A stretch of 64,000 nt of DNA, the filler included, from Streblomastix strix (Eukaryota): the NCBI GenBank assembly GCA_008636045.1. It is 3 parts of 3 records of this genome, joined end to end, with 100 filler letters (N's around TTAATTAATTAA, not from the genome) between each part and the next. Parts side by side here need not be neighbours in the genome. Positions count along the whole stretch, not along the records: positions 21,889 to 43,663 come from SNRW01000354.1; positions 43,764 to 64,000 come from SNRW01000447.1; 1 more part is not named here. One strand, 5' to 3'. A model generated the notes under the pieces. The model was not told the DNA's origin. It saw only the letters and a program-made list of their open reading frames with translations, and did no database searches. This document shows positions 37,617 through 50,840 of this stretch, one piece after another; the first letter of the stretch is position 1, and each line of letters starts with the position of its first letter. Made by a program: the position numbers and the translations under genes.

Positions 37617-40203
37617 TCAATTATCATCATAATCCAAGTCAGTATACTTAGAGAGCGGTGTTACAACCTGCTGATATTTATTCTAACTTCTGTGCGAATC
37701 GCTCGAATGGCCGTCTCTACGATTGCCACTATTATTATTATTATTATTACTGCTGCTGCTGCTGCTGTTGTTGCTCCTTTAGCTATTGCCATTCCTTTAA
37801 GTATTACTGGTCCTATCTAATTGATGATCAGCATCATCTGCATCTGATCGAGCGGTTCCTGTCTTGGATTGGTGATTGCGTTATGAATCTCTGTATGGAG
37901 AAGATTATTATTATTATTACTACTATTACTATTATTATTATTGATATTGAACAGATGTATCTTTACTCTGTGCATATTTAGAAGGTGGCGTCCTCACTTA
38001 TTGATACTTATGCGACCCTTAATGTTAAGGCGAAGCAGCTGTACCTGCACTCGCATATCCCGACGATCTTCTCTGACTGAGCCCAGATTATCCCAGGAGC
38101 ATCATTGAGAGTCCCTGATACCCTCTTTTCTGTCTTTCTCGCTCTTCACGGCTGGTGTTTTGCTGTGTTTGTTGTTGGTAAGGTTTCTTGTTCCCAGTTC
38201 CAATGCGGAGATTTGAGTACGGGTTGTCTTCGAGTGGCGTGTCTGATGATACAGCGAGTGTGTTGGGGTCGACGTGGATTTGGTAGCCTGGAAATAGTGT
38301 GAATGAAAGTGGAGATAAATAATATAATTATGAATAAAAGAAAATTTTAAAAGTAAATTGATAGTAATAAGAAATAATAAAATGAATTTCATATATATTT
38401 ATATTAATACTATATATTCATTAATTCTATATATATTATATTCTATATATAAAACCTTTCGCCTGCATTCCCTCAGGATCAGCGAAGAAGATCGGATCAT
38501 AATCACCAGGTTCACGAACTGCAGTAACCAGAGGAATAACAGGTTTATTTCTTCTTTATCTTTCTTCTTCTATTTATTGTAGTTGTTTCTATTCATCAGT
38601 CAAATCACTGATTCTTCGGTCTTTTCTTTATCTTTTAGCTGATTTCGGGTCTTTTTCGTCGTTTTCACTGGAAAAGTCGTCGTCGCTTTCATTTCCTGGT
38701 TATTCTCTGCCCGATTTTCCTCTTTTCTCTTTTTATATTCTTTGTTCCTATTATTATCCATCTTTGAATCCAACATCCAATGCATCCATTCTTTTATTTC
38801 CATCGAGGCCTTGCTTGATTGAGTTGTTAAGTTCTGTGATCTTGTCAAACCTCTCTTGTGAAGTGAGAGCCTAATTAGTTATAATTAGGTATTATTAATG
38901 AATAAGAATAATAAAAGTAATTAATTATTAAATATATAGATATTTATTTACTGGAATTTTATCATAAATAAATCAATAATTAATGTATATATTAATTAGT
39001 AATTTAATCATAAATAAATATATATAATATACTCTCGTAGAGGCAATCTTCCCATCTCTCATGAATATAACCCTTGTAGCAAAAGGAATCAGGTTCATAT
39101 CGTGTGTGACCATAATAAGTGTTATTCCTTTATCATTTAAGTCCAGTAATATTCGCATCACATTATTTGTGTTCATAGTATCAAGATCACCAGTTGGTTC
39201 ATCAAGAAGAAGTAATTCAGGTTCATTAGCGAGTGATCTAGCAATAGTACTGTGTTATTATTAATATATAATTACGTAAATAACAAAAGTATATATTATT
39301 TATATAGTAATAAAAATAATTAATTAAATATATAATTAATATAAATAACAAAGAATAGATTTTTTATATTATATATATATTGAATAAATAATAATAATAA
39401 TATATATGTATAGATCAAATAATATATCTTCATACACTCTCTGCTGTTCACCACCTGATAGCATACTTGGGAAGTGATCAAGACGATCTCCCATCTACAC
39501 ACTCTCAAGAAGACGCTTAGCAACTTCATTTCGGTGAGTGACACCAAGACCTCTGTTTTGATGGAGAAATGAAATAAATATATATAGATAAATATATTGA
39601 AAATAAAAATTATATTGATATAAATATATAAAGATATATAGGATTTATAATAATATATAAATATATTGAAAATAATATTTTGTACTTAAATGTAAGGGGA
39701 AGTTCCACATTCTCAAGAGCTGTCATTGATGATAGAAGATTGAATGTTTAGAATACAAAACCAAGATTTTCAAGTCTTATTCTGGCAAGATCATCGTCAG
39801 ATGTTTTGGGGGTGATTTCTATATAATAAAATAATAAATAAAATAAATAAATTGAAATCTTTAATAAGTAAACATCTCACACATTATCCACACAAAGTCA
39901 CTCTTCCTTTCGTTGGCTTGTCAATTGTGCCAATTATATTAAGCATTGTGCTTTTTCCTCCTCCGCTTGTCCCACAAATCATCACAAACTCGCCACGTTT
40001 TATTGTCATATCTACACCACTATATAAAATTAATAAAGAAGTACAAATTAATAAAGTACACAGCAAGTTAGAAATATTTTAAACCGAAGCGCAGCAATTC
40101 CTTCCACTCCTAATAGGTAGGTTTTGTGAACTCCATCAAGCTTAATAAAATCTTCATCGTACTTGTTTCCATGCCTATGACCTCGTTTAATGTCCGTAGT
40201 CAT
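37617..40203 (-). CDS. ABC ATPase of LolD/MacB/FtsE-like (type VII) subfamily with long low-complexity C-terminal extension
   Basis: KTYLLGVEGIAALRGVD, Walker A GTSGGGKST, Q-loop GFVFQTFNLL, signature LSGGEQQRV, Walker B LLLLDEPTGDLD, switch VTHD. About six GT-AG introns and no TM segment seen. Confidence 0.92.
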
Positions 40204-41334
40204 AGAAAAATCTACAAATAAAGACAAAAAATGAAAACAATAATTCTTGAGAATTATAAAAACAGGTGATCAAGCTATAATTGTGAGAGCGCAAGAAATT
40301 TTTTATAAAACTACTGTATATATAAGTGAACAATGGTAATAAAACCAATTTAGTTAGTTAGATAAACAGTGAAAAAATAATAATTGTCCATTTATGGCAT
40401 ATGTTGGAGTAAATAAAATATTTGTTATATATTTTAGTTACAATATTCCTAAAATAAATAATTAAAGTATTCATGAATCTTTTACCTGCTTTTATGGTTC
40501 GATATTGACCTCACAAAATTTTCCAACTCTGATTTTTTATCTTTAAATGTATAATGAAATTATTTTGAAATTTAGTTTAATTGAAGTAATAATAATTTAT
40601 AATTGAGATCTTCTTAATCCTGATATATTATTAGATTATATTCAAATTGCAGAAAATTCTTGTTTAACACTTTGACATCTTTTCCCACTGCTCCAAAGAA
40701 TGCTGCATTATTAGTCGAAGCTCACATTAGAAACTAAACTAAATAAATCAAGCTGAAAAGATTATGATCTACTGGTTAGTTTTCATATTCCGAATCAATT
40801 TGAATTAAAAAATTAATACATATAAGTAGTATATGTAGGGGATTTATGCTCAAACTACAAAATAGTATCAGTTTTATAAAAAATCTCCACTCCAACATTT
40901 TATAAGCTCAGAACTTACAACTTATAAAATGAATTACATGGTTTTTTATAAACATTAATACCCTTGAAGGTGATGGAATAAATCCCATATATATACTACT
41001 CATGTTCATGACTATTTATATACAATACTTTAGCACACAACCTCCTTATAAAAATAATTAAAATAAATAATTTATCGGTTAAAAGGTGCATTTTAAAAAA
41101 TATCTCTGATAAGCCATAATCATCAATTTATTTTAATACATAATAACAAATAATGGAGACAATTAATTTTTATAATAATTTTAGCATGAAATTTTGATGA
41201 AAAATTTCATATCCGCTGTCCGTTACAGATGGACTAGGTGGACCGAGTCTTTCGACATTTTTTGTTAAAAAAAAGTAACATTTTGTCATAAAAAAGCGTG
41301 GCCAAACGGACAATCTGACCAAAAAATATTCCCC

Positions 41335-41539
41335 ATCAGTTTGTATTGAATTTTTAACTTTCATAATAAGGCTCTAATTATTTTATTGTACTTTTTATAT
41401 TACAAATTATACCATGTAAAACTTCAACTTATGTTTTCTTTAGCTCTATGTTAAAGTCTTTTATTTCTTTATTTAGTTGTTCATACATTTGTTGTAGTTT
41501 AGGTTCTTAATCTTTTAAATGTGTATAAAGTTCTTCCAT
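41335..41539 (-). CDS. Small intronless coiled-coil ORF (~67 aa)
   Basis: MEELYTHLKDQEPKLQQMYEQLNKEIKDFNIELKK..FNTN-TGA. Confidence 0.45.
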
Positions 41540-41567
41540 TTTTATAATTAGTTAAAAATAATTATTA

Positions 41568-42229
41568 TCAATTATATAAATCATATTCGCTAAATTAATA
41601 TTCAATTTAATTATGTTTTATTAGCTCTTGCAATAATTCTTATTATACTTCTTCTTTTTCAACAATTTATTTTAATTATTTATAACATTTAGCTTTTTTT
41701 GTATTTCTTAATTAATTTTATAGTGTCTTAATGTTATTGCTTTATAAACGTATTTTCAGTTTTTAGACGTATTAATTCTTCTAAATCAAGCTATGGATTA
41801 GTATAATTGATTTATGGCTATTTTGAAGCATATATAACCCTTTTATATGAATATTTAACCTCACGCTAATGTCTTAATGGTCTTTCTGGCTATTTGCTTT
41901 AGCTAACTGTTTCAACTTCGCTTTCATTCATATCTTCCTATATATCTCTAAGGCTTTCTTCATATTTTTCGTAGTTTAAAAAATCTTCTTCTTCATCTAC
42001 CAATAATTTTTATATAGACTATTTTGATAGTTTTTTCTTTATTTCTCCACCTCCACGAGCTTATAGCAATAGCTTATTTTATTATGTTAGTGTCAGTTTT
42101 CGTAGTTATTTTTTTGCGATCCTTATAAACCTTTATTTGGTTGTTAATCTATACGACTTACCTTTTAGCAAAATATTCAATATTTGATCCATTTTCTATC
42201 AAATTCTTAAGTAGATGGTATAAGTCCAT
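41568..42229 (-). pseudogene. Intronless K/E/Q-rich ORF, apparently frameshifted
   Basis: Coding-like segments such as LVDEEEDFLNYEKYEESL..DLEELIRLKTEN. A frame change is needed. Confidence 0.35.
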
Positions 42230-42287
42230 TTTAATATTTTAAAAATAAATAAAACGATTAAGAAAATTGAAAAAAACCGAATAAGAA

Positions 42288-42947
42288 TGTTGATGAGTAA
42301 GAAATAATTGTCAGAAATAAAGAAAATAGAACTTACAGATGATGATAAGGTTAGATTCAAATTAGTCGATGATGCCATAAGTAGAATAAAAATAATGCCT
42401 GTAGATTATGAAATTACACAACAAAAAAGCGTTTGAAAATTAGAACGAAAACCTACCCTCCAAAAAATATAATTTAAATAAATACAAAAAGATTGATAGA
42501 ACAATAACATAGGTAGAAACAGAAGAAGTAATCCAATAGTTAGCAGAAGAATAACCAAATAGAATATACTTATCGCATCCAAATCTCATTGTATAAAAAT
42601 TTATCATTAATACGTGCTGGCGCACCATTATATATAGATAACGCGGTGATGATTTTGTTTTTTCATCAGATAATTTTATAAAATTCTGGGCATTAATCAC
42701 ATAGAATAATGAAGACGATGTTGAAATAGTTCTAGAGGAAGCAATTATACAACCACATACTTGCATACCTAATAAGTTCAAGAAAAAGGACCTTATTCGA
42801 GTATAAGATATTTTAATTAAAAATGTATCTGTCAAAGTGTTGGATAATGTGCTATATAATTCTATTGAAAAACTTTATCGAGTAAATTGCGACTTCATTC
42901 ATTTAAGCGAAGCACCAGAGATAGAAATTTCAGATAATGATTTTTGA
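42288..42947 (+). pseudogene. Intronless hypothetical ORF with frameshift(s)
   Basis: MLMSKKQLSEIKKIELTDDDKVRFKLVDD..NFIKFWALITQNNEDDVEIVLEEAIIQP..EISDNDF-TGA. Confidence 0.4.
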
Positions 42948-43002
42948 AAATTATTTTATCCATATTTTTTTATTATTTTTATTATTTTTATTATATATAA
43001 AA

Positions 43003-43446
43003 ATGCTTTCACAATCCGAAATAGTTAAAGGTAAATTGCTTGTACATCCTCTAAATGTACCATAGGAAATATATGTCGAGCATATATTTTAATGTGGAGA
43101 TGAATTTTATTAAAGAACATTAAGAAAAAATAATAAACCTTATTATAAGTTGTTAAAACGATACGGAAATATTTCAAGGTATCCATAATAAGTTTATATA
43201 ATGATTGAGAAGAAAAATAATGAATATATTGAATGTATAATTAAGCAATATACCTAACAAATGAAGGTTTTATTAGATAATATGGACATAAGAATAAAAT
43301 TTCGAGAATTAAAAGAATCTATTGAATAAATGTAATTTAATACAAAAAATAATAAATTTGGCTAAAGTCGAGTTAAATGCCTAGTTAATTGTATTGATTA
43401 CTATGTTAATGAACGATAATATTTTATTTTTGGATATATAAAATGA
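43003..43446 (+). CDS. Intronless hypothetical protein (~147 aa)
   Basis: MLSQSEIVKGKLLVHPLNVPQEIYVEHIFQCGDEFYQRTLRKNNKPYYKLL..FGYIK-TGA, open with TAR=Gln. Confidence 0.5.
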
Positions 43447-43663
43447 GAAATTAACCAATTAGCGATTTGTCTTTACTCGAAGATGATGATTTATAAAATT
43501 AGTAGGCAAAACAAAAAAGGTTATAAAAAATATCGGAAGAATAACAGTAATAAACAAAGTAAAAAAAAAACTCTGCTAAAAATGATAAATATTGAAATTA
43601 TAAAATACTTCAACTGTTTGAGTCTGTTTTTTCAGAAATTCCATTGATTATATAAATCTTCGT

Positions 43664-43763
43664 NNNNNNNNNNNNNNNNNNNNNNNNNNNNNNNNNNNNN
43701 NNNNNNNTTAATTAATTAANNNNNNNNNNNNNNNNNNNNNNNNNNNNNNNNNNNNNNNNNNNN
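43664..43763. other. Artificial contig spacer
   Basis: 100 nt of N flanking TTAATTAATTAA. Confidence 0.99.
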
Positions 43764-43914
43764 ACATTTACTAAGTCCCACTAATTAACGCCGGGTTATA
43801 GTTATAATTCGGTCTATCAGCAGAATTGCTCAATTTTTGCATATTAAGCTCATTAAATGCTGCATTATTCGAATCATTCACAGTTTTCGGTGGGGACGAA
43901 CGCGTTCATTTGTA

Positions 43915-46900
43915 ATGACCAACAATATATAACCAACTCCAGATCAAAATTAGGGCCTTTAGAACAGACTTCAAAGAACAAGCACATCAATACCAGCTCT
44001 GAATCAGATGCAACCCTTAAACAGAAGTTTGAGCCAATCTGTGCACTTCAAACCCAAGCAATAACTTAACTACGGACCACTTATTGACAATTCTCCCAAG
44101 TCACCGCTCTTACCTGTGTATGATAATCAGGATTAATACAATAACAACTTTTCTTTCAAAAGGACTCCATCAAATAAACAATTAAATCTCCCTGATACGC
44201 CAGTTCTAAATACTCAATAATAAATGAGTCCATTATTATACTCATAATCACCACAACTATCAAACACCAGCAACTCCACACAAAGAGATTCTTTAGACAG
44301 CGAGCACAGTTAGCACAGCTCAAACGACAGCAATTCTTCGCTTAGACGTGTTGCACCGCCTTTGAGTAACACATAATCATCAAAAAACATGCAGGAACTA
44401 TTGAAAGCGCTTGCTAGTGGATCATCGTTAGATCAACCATATGCATCTCCGCCGATGTCAAGAAAGGGAAGTTAGCAGTTCCCTTCAATACACAAACGTT
44501 AGGAGTTGTTGAACCAAGGTTCAGGATCTTTCACTTCTTCGCTACATTCAATACCATCAACTATCAAGAACATGAATATACAAGGTCATACAGCAGTTTA
44601 CAGGGATTATGATAACCTCCCCTATATAGATCCTTAGAATCCATCATTATACAGCAGGTAGTAATACAGAGGATATCTGAACACGAATATTCCAGGTACG
44701 AGGATCTGGCAGTACAACAAGTTTAGAGAATAGCCCATTGAAGATTAGTCATTTAGTAACAAAGTGCTGTCGAATATTATGTTCTTCTTGTCTCAGAGCT
44801 ATGTGGAGATCAAGCACAAGAAATGCTCCTTTTTGTGGGGTTTCTTGAGGTTTGGGGATTGTTTTATGTATTTATTGGGGATATGTAGATGAATAATATA
44901 TATAAATTTTATTGCATGCATTTTTCTTAATGGTTTAAGTGTTTAATTTATTTATATTATCATATATTTATACTCACATATACTTTATTTTATATACTAA
45001 CTATATATCTATCTTCACACCAGCATAATGATGGTCGTGATGCTCATCTGCGTGGTCTTTTCCATAACAACGAAATTTCCAGTAATCGCTCTTATGATTT
45101 CTGAAGCATAAGTCGGGCAGTATGATTTGTCGATATAAGCTGGTGCGTAAACATTGAAGAAGGGTATTAATGCCACGAAGATGCATGAGATTCTGAGCAA
45201 GACTGGTGAGCAGGTGTGATATTGATGTAGTAATATATTATATGTAAGTATATATTATATTAGTGCATATATTTTTATAAGTGAATTATTATGTATTAAT
45301 AAATATATTAAATTTCTATATATATATATATTTTTTTAAATTTATTTATAATTGCAAAATATTTATTATTATTAGTACAATCGCTTCTCTCCACGAATTC
45401 AATTCACTGTTGAAGTATAGAGTGACGAAGCGTATGCAATATTATATTATATATGTAATTAAACAGAAAATTGTAATTTTATTCGTTAAATTTAATATTT
45501 TACATTAGTATTTTTAATTGTGATAATTATTATATATTATTATTAATAACTATCAGATATTACAAAAAATGCGACGTGATGGTTCTTGATACTCTATGAG
45601 AGGTATTTAAAACTCATATTAAATTAACTATTTTCATATAAATGATTGAACAATAAAACAATTACTTAATGAATTTTATTATTTATATTTTTTAATAATA
45701 TATATTCTTTTTTATTTTATTCCAATACATATTAATAGAAGGAGCTTTAAATTGGGAGGGAATGGTCATATACAGAAGAAATTCCGAAAGGAACTGCAAT
45801 TATCACAAAGCAAGTCAATGAGATATAAAAAGTATGATGAAAAGATAATATATATAATTATATATACAAAAAAATGTGGTTGAAATTATATTAAAGTACA
45901 ATTATTTTTGTTTCTATTATGAATTTAAACCATCATAATTATTAATTTTCCATTTTCTTCCTTTAATATATATATTTAGTTTTAAATAGGAGACAAAATT
46001 ACATTTTTTGCGGATTTATCAAAGTTTTGTGCAATTGTGCCCGATCTTATTATTAAAAGGGGAATATTAGGAAGTATTAATATATATATATATATATAAT
46101 ATTAAATGTTTATTATAAGATTATTTTAATTTATTAATTTTCTTTTTTAATCATTTATTATTATATGTTTTGTACATTTATTATATGCGTTTTCTGAAGC
46201 CAACGCAAATGCAATCTAATCAATGCTTCAAATGTTAAGGTATGACATCTAATGTTACATCATAAAATAACAAAAATTTAAATATTGATTAATTTTTTTT
46301 TTATTTTTATTAAATAAATATGCTTATCTATTATATTCAGCTATTGCAAAATTGAGCTTGAAATCATTGATGTATGTTATTTATTTATTTATAATTTATT
46401 GTTTATAGAAAAATAAGTAATTATCTATTATTTATTTAAAATTTTATTTATTTTAAAATATATATTTCTCTATATTATATTATTATTATTCAATAGATTG
46501 TAGACAATTAAATGGGGAAAAGTGGAGCTAAGTAATGCATTTTTGTTGAATATGCAAATTTTTGGGAACATGTATGATTAATAAATATATTATAATATTA
46601 GCTATTCTTTTATTTTTATTTTCATATTCTTATATATTCATATTCATATTCATCCATACTCATATTTATATATATTCATATTCATATTCATCCATACTCA
46701 TATATACATACACATTCACATTCACTCAGGTCGTTGATACATCCATCCCAAGTAGGATGCTGTCCATTTTCCCACGTGCTGCATGGCTCCTATAAGATAA
46801 CATGGACAAAAGAGCTTTGTTCAAGTCCCCATTGTATGATTATGCGCTTTAAGCTGTTTTCGCACAACCTGAACCAAGAACGGAGGCGTACGTGACTTTT

Positions 46901-49735
46901 GATGTTGAGAGCATTAAGAAGTGTGTTTTGTATATATGTTTGAATGTAATTGTGTTTGTTTGAGGATTAAAATTTGATGAGAAATAATTATTTTTTTTAA
47001 TAAAATTATATAATATTAAATATTATATATAATTTGTATTAAACATTATTCTATTTTATATGTATTTAAACTCCATCTAACAGGAAGCTAGTTACCTGGA
47101 CCTCTCCAATCCTGTATACGCTCCACTTCGACAAACTCCAAATAAACACTGATTTGATCAACTCCTTCGAATCGATCCAATTCTTCTCGCTACTAATAGA
47201 AATGGCAGCAATAATTATCATAGTACTTCTATCCGGTATATCAATACTCCTCATATACTCACAGCTGCAGATATCAGTTGATACGAGATCTTTCGAGATG
47301 GGAATACTTCGCATGGTCGGTTTAGAAAGAGTTGGAATTGTCGGGGTTCTGATCACATAAGCTTTGCTATATTCCGTACCTGGAATCATACTCGGTTTGT
47401 TAGCAGCAATTCTAGTCAACTACTTTTTGATGCATTTCTTGGAGAACATGTCTTCCATACCGATTGACAAGATAATACCAATGATGTCGATCATAATCTC
47501 AATATCCGTGTCTATCCTGATATCTTTCACAGCGTCAATATTCCCTATAAGACAAGCTCTGAAACAAAACCTGCACAATTCAGTAGATTCGCAGCATGTG
47601 AAAGGATCCACCCACAAAGTGAAGATTGAAAGAGCTGAAGAACTGGAGAAATCGTGGTCAGTTCTTTACTTGGGTGTAGTTCTATCAGGTTTAGGTGCTG
47701 GCATATACATACTACTTCCAATGTCATTAATATCAGGATCGATATCTATGTTAGCTATTGTATTATTCTCACTGCTTATGATGGTGCTTGTTGGACTTAT
47801 AATGATAACAATCAACTTCGAGTTCATATTTGAGAAGCTTGTGTACTACGTGTTCTTGTTCTGGGAGACAAAATCGGTCAGATTCATGGCATTGAAGAAC
47901 TTGACTGCACATCGAGAGAGGAACAGGAAAACAACACTACTTTTCTCAATAACGCTCGCTTTCATCGCTTTCTTGAATGTGATAGCGTCAATCGTTATGT
48001 CTCTAGTGATCGACCAGAGCTACCATCAGAACGGCGGTGATTTCACAGTTTCGTCTGATACAAGCGATGCTTTGATAGCAGCTGGATTATAAAGCCAGTA
48101 TTCTTCGAGTTTGTATTATTTGACACAACCTGAAGAACTAGAAAAGGAGATAAGAGAAGAATTTAGCGATATTGTGGATACAATCGCGTGGGCATCGCCA
48201 CCGTTAGATAATATATATCCGTACCAAGTTAAAACTACCATATCCAATATAGGTCGATCACATTCATTCATACACCAGGTATATGCCGCTAGCTCAAACT
48301 TCATGGACAATGTCAGGCCTTCGAATCTGATAATCTCGGATAGTGCAGACAACCGATCTTTCTTCACAAAATTCCTCATTTCTGGTGGTGGTGATTCGCC
48401 GATTAAGTAATTATACACTTCACAGACCAGAATGTTCTCATCCGTGCTTAGCTAAGGGCTCAAAAACGAGATTGCAGGAAAAGCGAACGAGCCACTTGCT
48501 GTGTGCGTGACACCAGCTGCACAAGCCACTTCACAATCAATTTACAGCGCGTATTCATTATTCGTCTAAGCGCAAACAACTTCGAATCCAAACTAAGTGT
48601 ATGAACAGTCAAAGCTAAGAAAAGTGAAACTGTATCCGTCCACATACATGAAAGCACAGCCCTTCTTCAAGAATCCAGCGGAAACAATCTCAGATACAAG
48701 TGCAGCTGATGCTCCAATGTCAGTTCCTGCTTTCCTATCTCTGCTTCCAGATGGCGAATAGGATTATGAGGAAAACATGAAGTGGAAATCGATGATTATA
48801 CGATTGAAGAAGAAGGGAAAAGAAGGGAAATATGCTCCTGAATTGGAGGATGAGAGTGATAATGAAACTGTTGCTGATAATAAGTTGAATAGGAATAAAA
48901 TAAATTAAACTATTACTGATAATAAGATGGATAAGAATAAAATAAATTAAACTGTTACTGATAATAAGTTGAATAAGAATAAAATAAATTAAACTATTAC
49001 TGATAATAAGTTGAATAAGAATAAATTAAATTAAACAACATCTTAGAAGAGAAGACATACAAAAGCATCTAAAATTTCACGCGCATCACGTATAGAGGAC
49101 CTTCAATCGTATCTCAAATCCTACCAATTCATTCTCATAATAACAACTCCAGACAAAGTCCGGCAAATCGTCATCGTTGTTCCCAAAGTATGGTCACTAT
49201 CTGAAGACACTGAAATTGTCGTGATGGCCACGAAACTCATAGATTTAGGTTTTATGGCGATAACAGTGCTCGTGATGTTCTTCTGCATGTTTTCGCTGAT
49301 AGCGTCGATGCACACCAATATACTTGAGCAGACTAAAGAGATTGGCATTGAAAGAGCACTTGGGGTTAAGAGGTTTCAACTTGTGCGTGTTTATATTGAG
49401 GAGTCTTTCGTGCTGGTGATATCAGCTGCTGTGATGGGAATGATCGTGGGAATTATTGTCGGTAAAAAAAAATAATTTTTTTTTCTTTTATAATTTTAGT
49501 TCTTTAATTAATACGATTTTATAAATATGATATTTTTTATATTTAATTAAATATAGGCTACATGTTGACCACACAAATGAGCATGATGCAAGGGTACCCG
49601 ATCTAGTTCGTTTTCCCATATATGATGGTTATTATATCAATTGCAGCTGCTGTGCTTGTTTCAATACTCGCGTCTGCAGGGCCTGCATGGAGTGTGGTTA
49701 GTGCGAGCATTGCCAAAACGATGAAGACTGCATGA
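43915..49735 (+). CDS. FtsX/MacB-like (ABC3, type VII) ABC permease with two FtsX repeats
   Basis: Two FtsX motifs (SVDTRSFEMGILRMVGL and ILEQTKEIGIERALGVKR), and MALKNLTAHRERNRKTTLLFSITLAFI opens the second half. It has large extracytoplasmic loops and many GT-AG introns, with TGA at 49733-49735. The ATG choice is tentative. Confidence 0.9.
48866..49036 (+). repeat. Coding 42-nt tandem repeat x4 (TDNKLNKNKINQTI)
   Basis: Unit ACTGATAATAAGTTGAATAAGAATAAAATAAATTAAACTATT, in frame within the permease loop. Confidence 0.85.
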
Positions 49736-50840
49736 AGAATATAGGATTAGCTTTGTGAATTGATAATTGATAGGAACTTTTTTATTCTCTGTCATTTTCT
49801 GTATTAAGTTGTTTTAGTAATGATAGAGTTTAATTCAATATTTTATGTAGTTTAGATGTAATTACTAGCGTTTTAATATCCTATTTCACCATAATTTATA
49901 CTAATAATTTAATGTTATCATTTTTTCCTATTTCTAATTTGACTTGTTATTATTTTTGAGTTCATTTCATACATAATTATACCATCTTCATCTTCAAAAT
50001 AAGAAAAATAAAAATGAAATGAAAATAATTGTTATGTATTTTAATAATTATCTAGTTTAAGATATCAATTTTTATTAATCAATAAGAGAAAAATCAATTC
50101 AAATTAATTTTCAGACAATAAAAACTAATTATTTAGCATCTTTAATGTTTCTATTAGCAATGGTCAGTGATCTAGTTGTAGACAAATTAGAGCTAGGTTT
50201 GCTCTCAATAAAACAATTAAGTCATTGGCAATATGATCTGGTTTATTTTTTCTATCGCAAACTTTTTTATTATTAAAATAGAAGTAATAAAATATTTAAA
50301 TAAAATCAATTATTAGTTACCATAATAAACATATGGTAATTTGAATGTTAATAAAAGACAAATTTAATTATTGACTACAAATTTTAACAAGAAAATTCAA
50401 ACAAAAGACTTTGAGATAAAACATAACAAAATGTTATAGTAATTGAGACAACGGTTTAAATAAGATAAAAATTATACATAAACAGTTTGAATAAATATTA
50501 ATAATACAAGTAAATAATGAATTTAATACCTTAATAAACGATTTTGGAAAAAAATACATAGATTATATTAAGGACGGTGAATAATAAGCAAATGAAAAAT
50601 ATTAATTTAAAAAAAAGTTATCAATTTGATGATAAGTTAAAAATTAAATATTAAAATAGCAAGATTAAAGTAAAATAAAATGGAAAATATTAATTTGATG
50701 ATATATTTAAAATTAAATATTAATATTTACAAATAATTATAGTGAAAAATATTTTTACTACATATAGAAGAAAATAAAATTAAAATTAAATATTAATTTG
50801 ATGATATATTTAAAATTAAATATTATTCTTCAAATTAAAT

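Noticed and set aside
40470..41050. Possible minus-strand gene remnant (IWDLF..LQG, TBC-domain-like)
   Set aside because: The motif is too short and the frames are inconsistent, so a call cannot be supported.
37617..49735. ABC ATPase and FtsX permease as a linked divergent gene pair
   Set aside because: They are separated by a contig spacer. Contig lengths of 21788 and 21775 suggest size-sorted concatenation, so proximity is probably coincidental.
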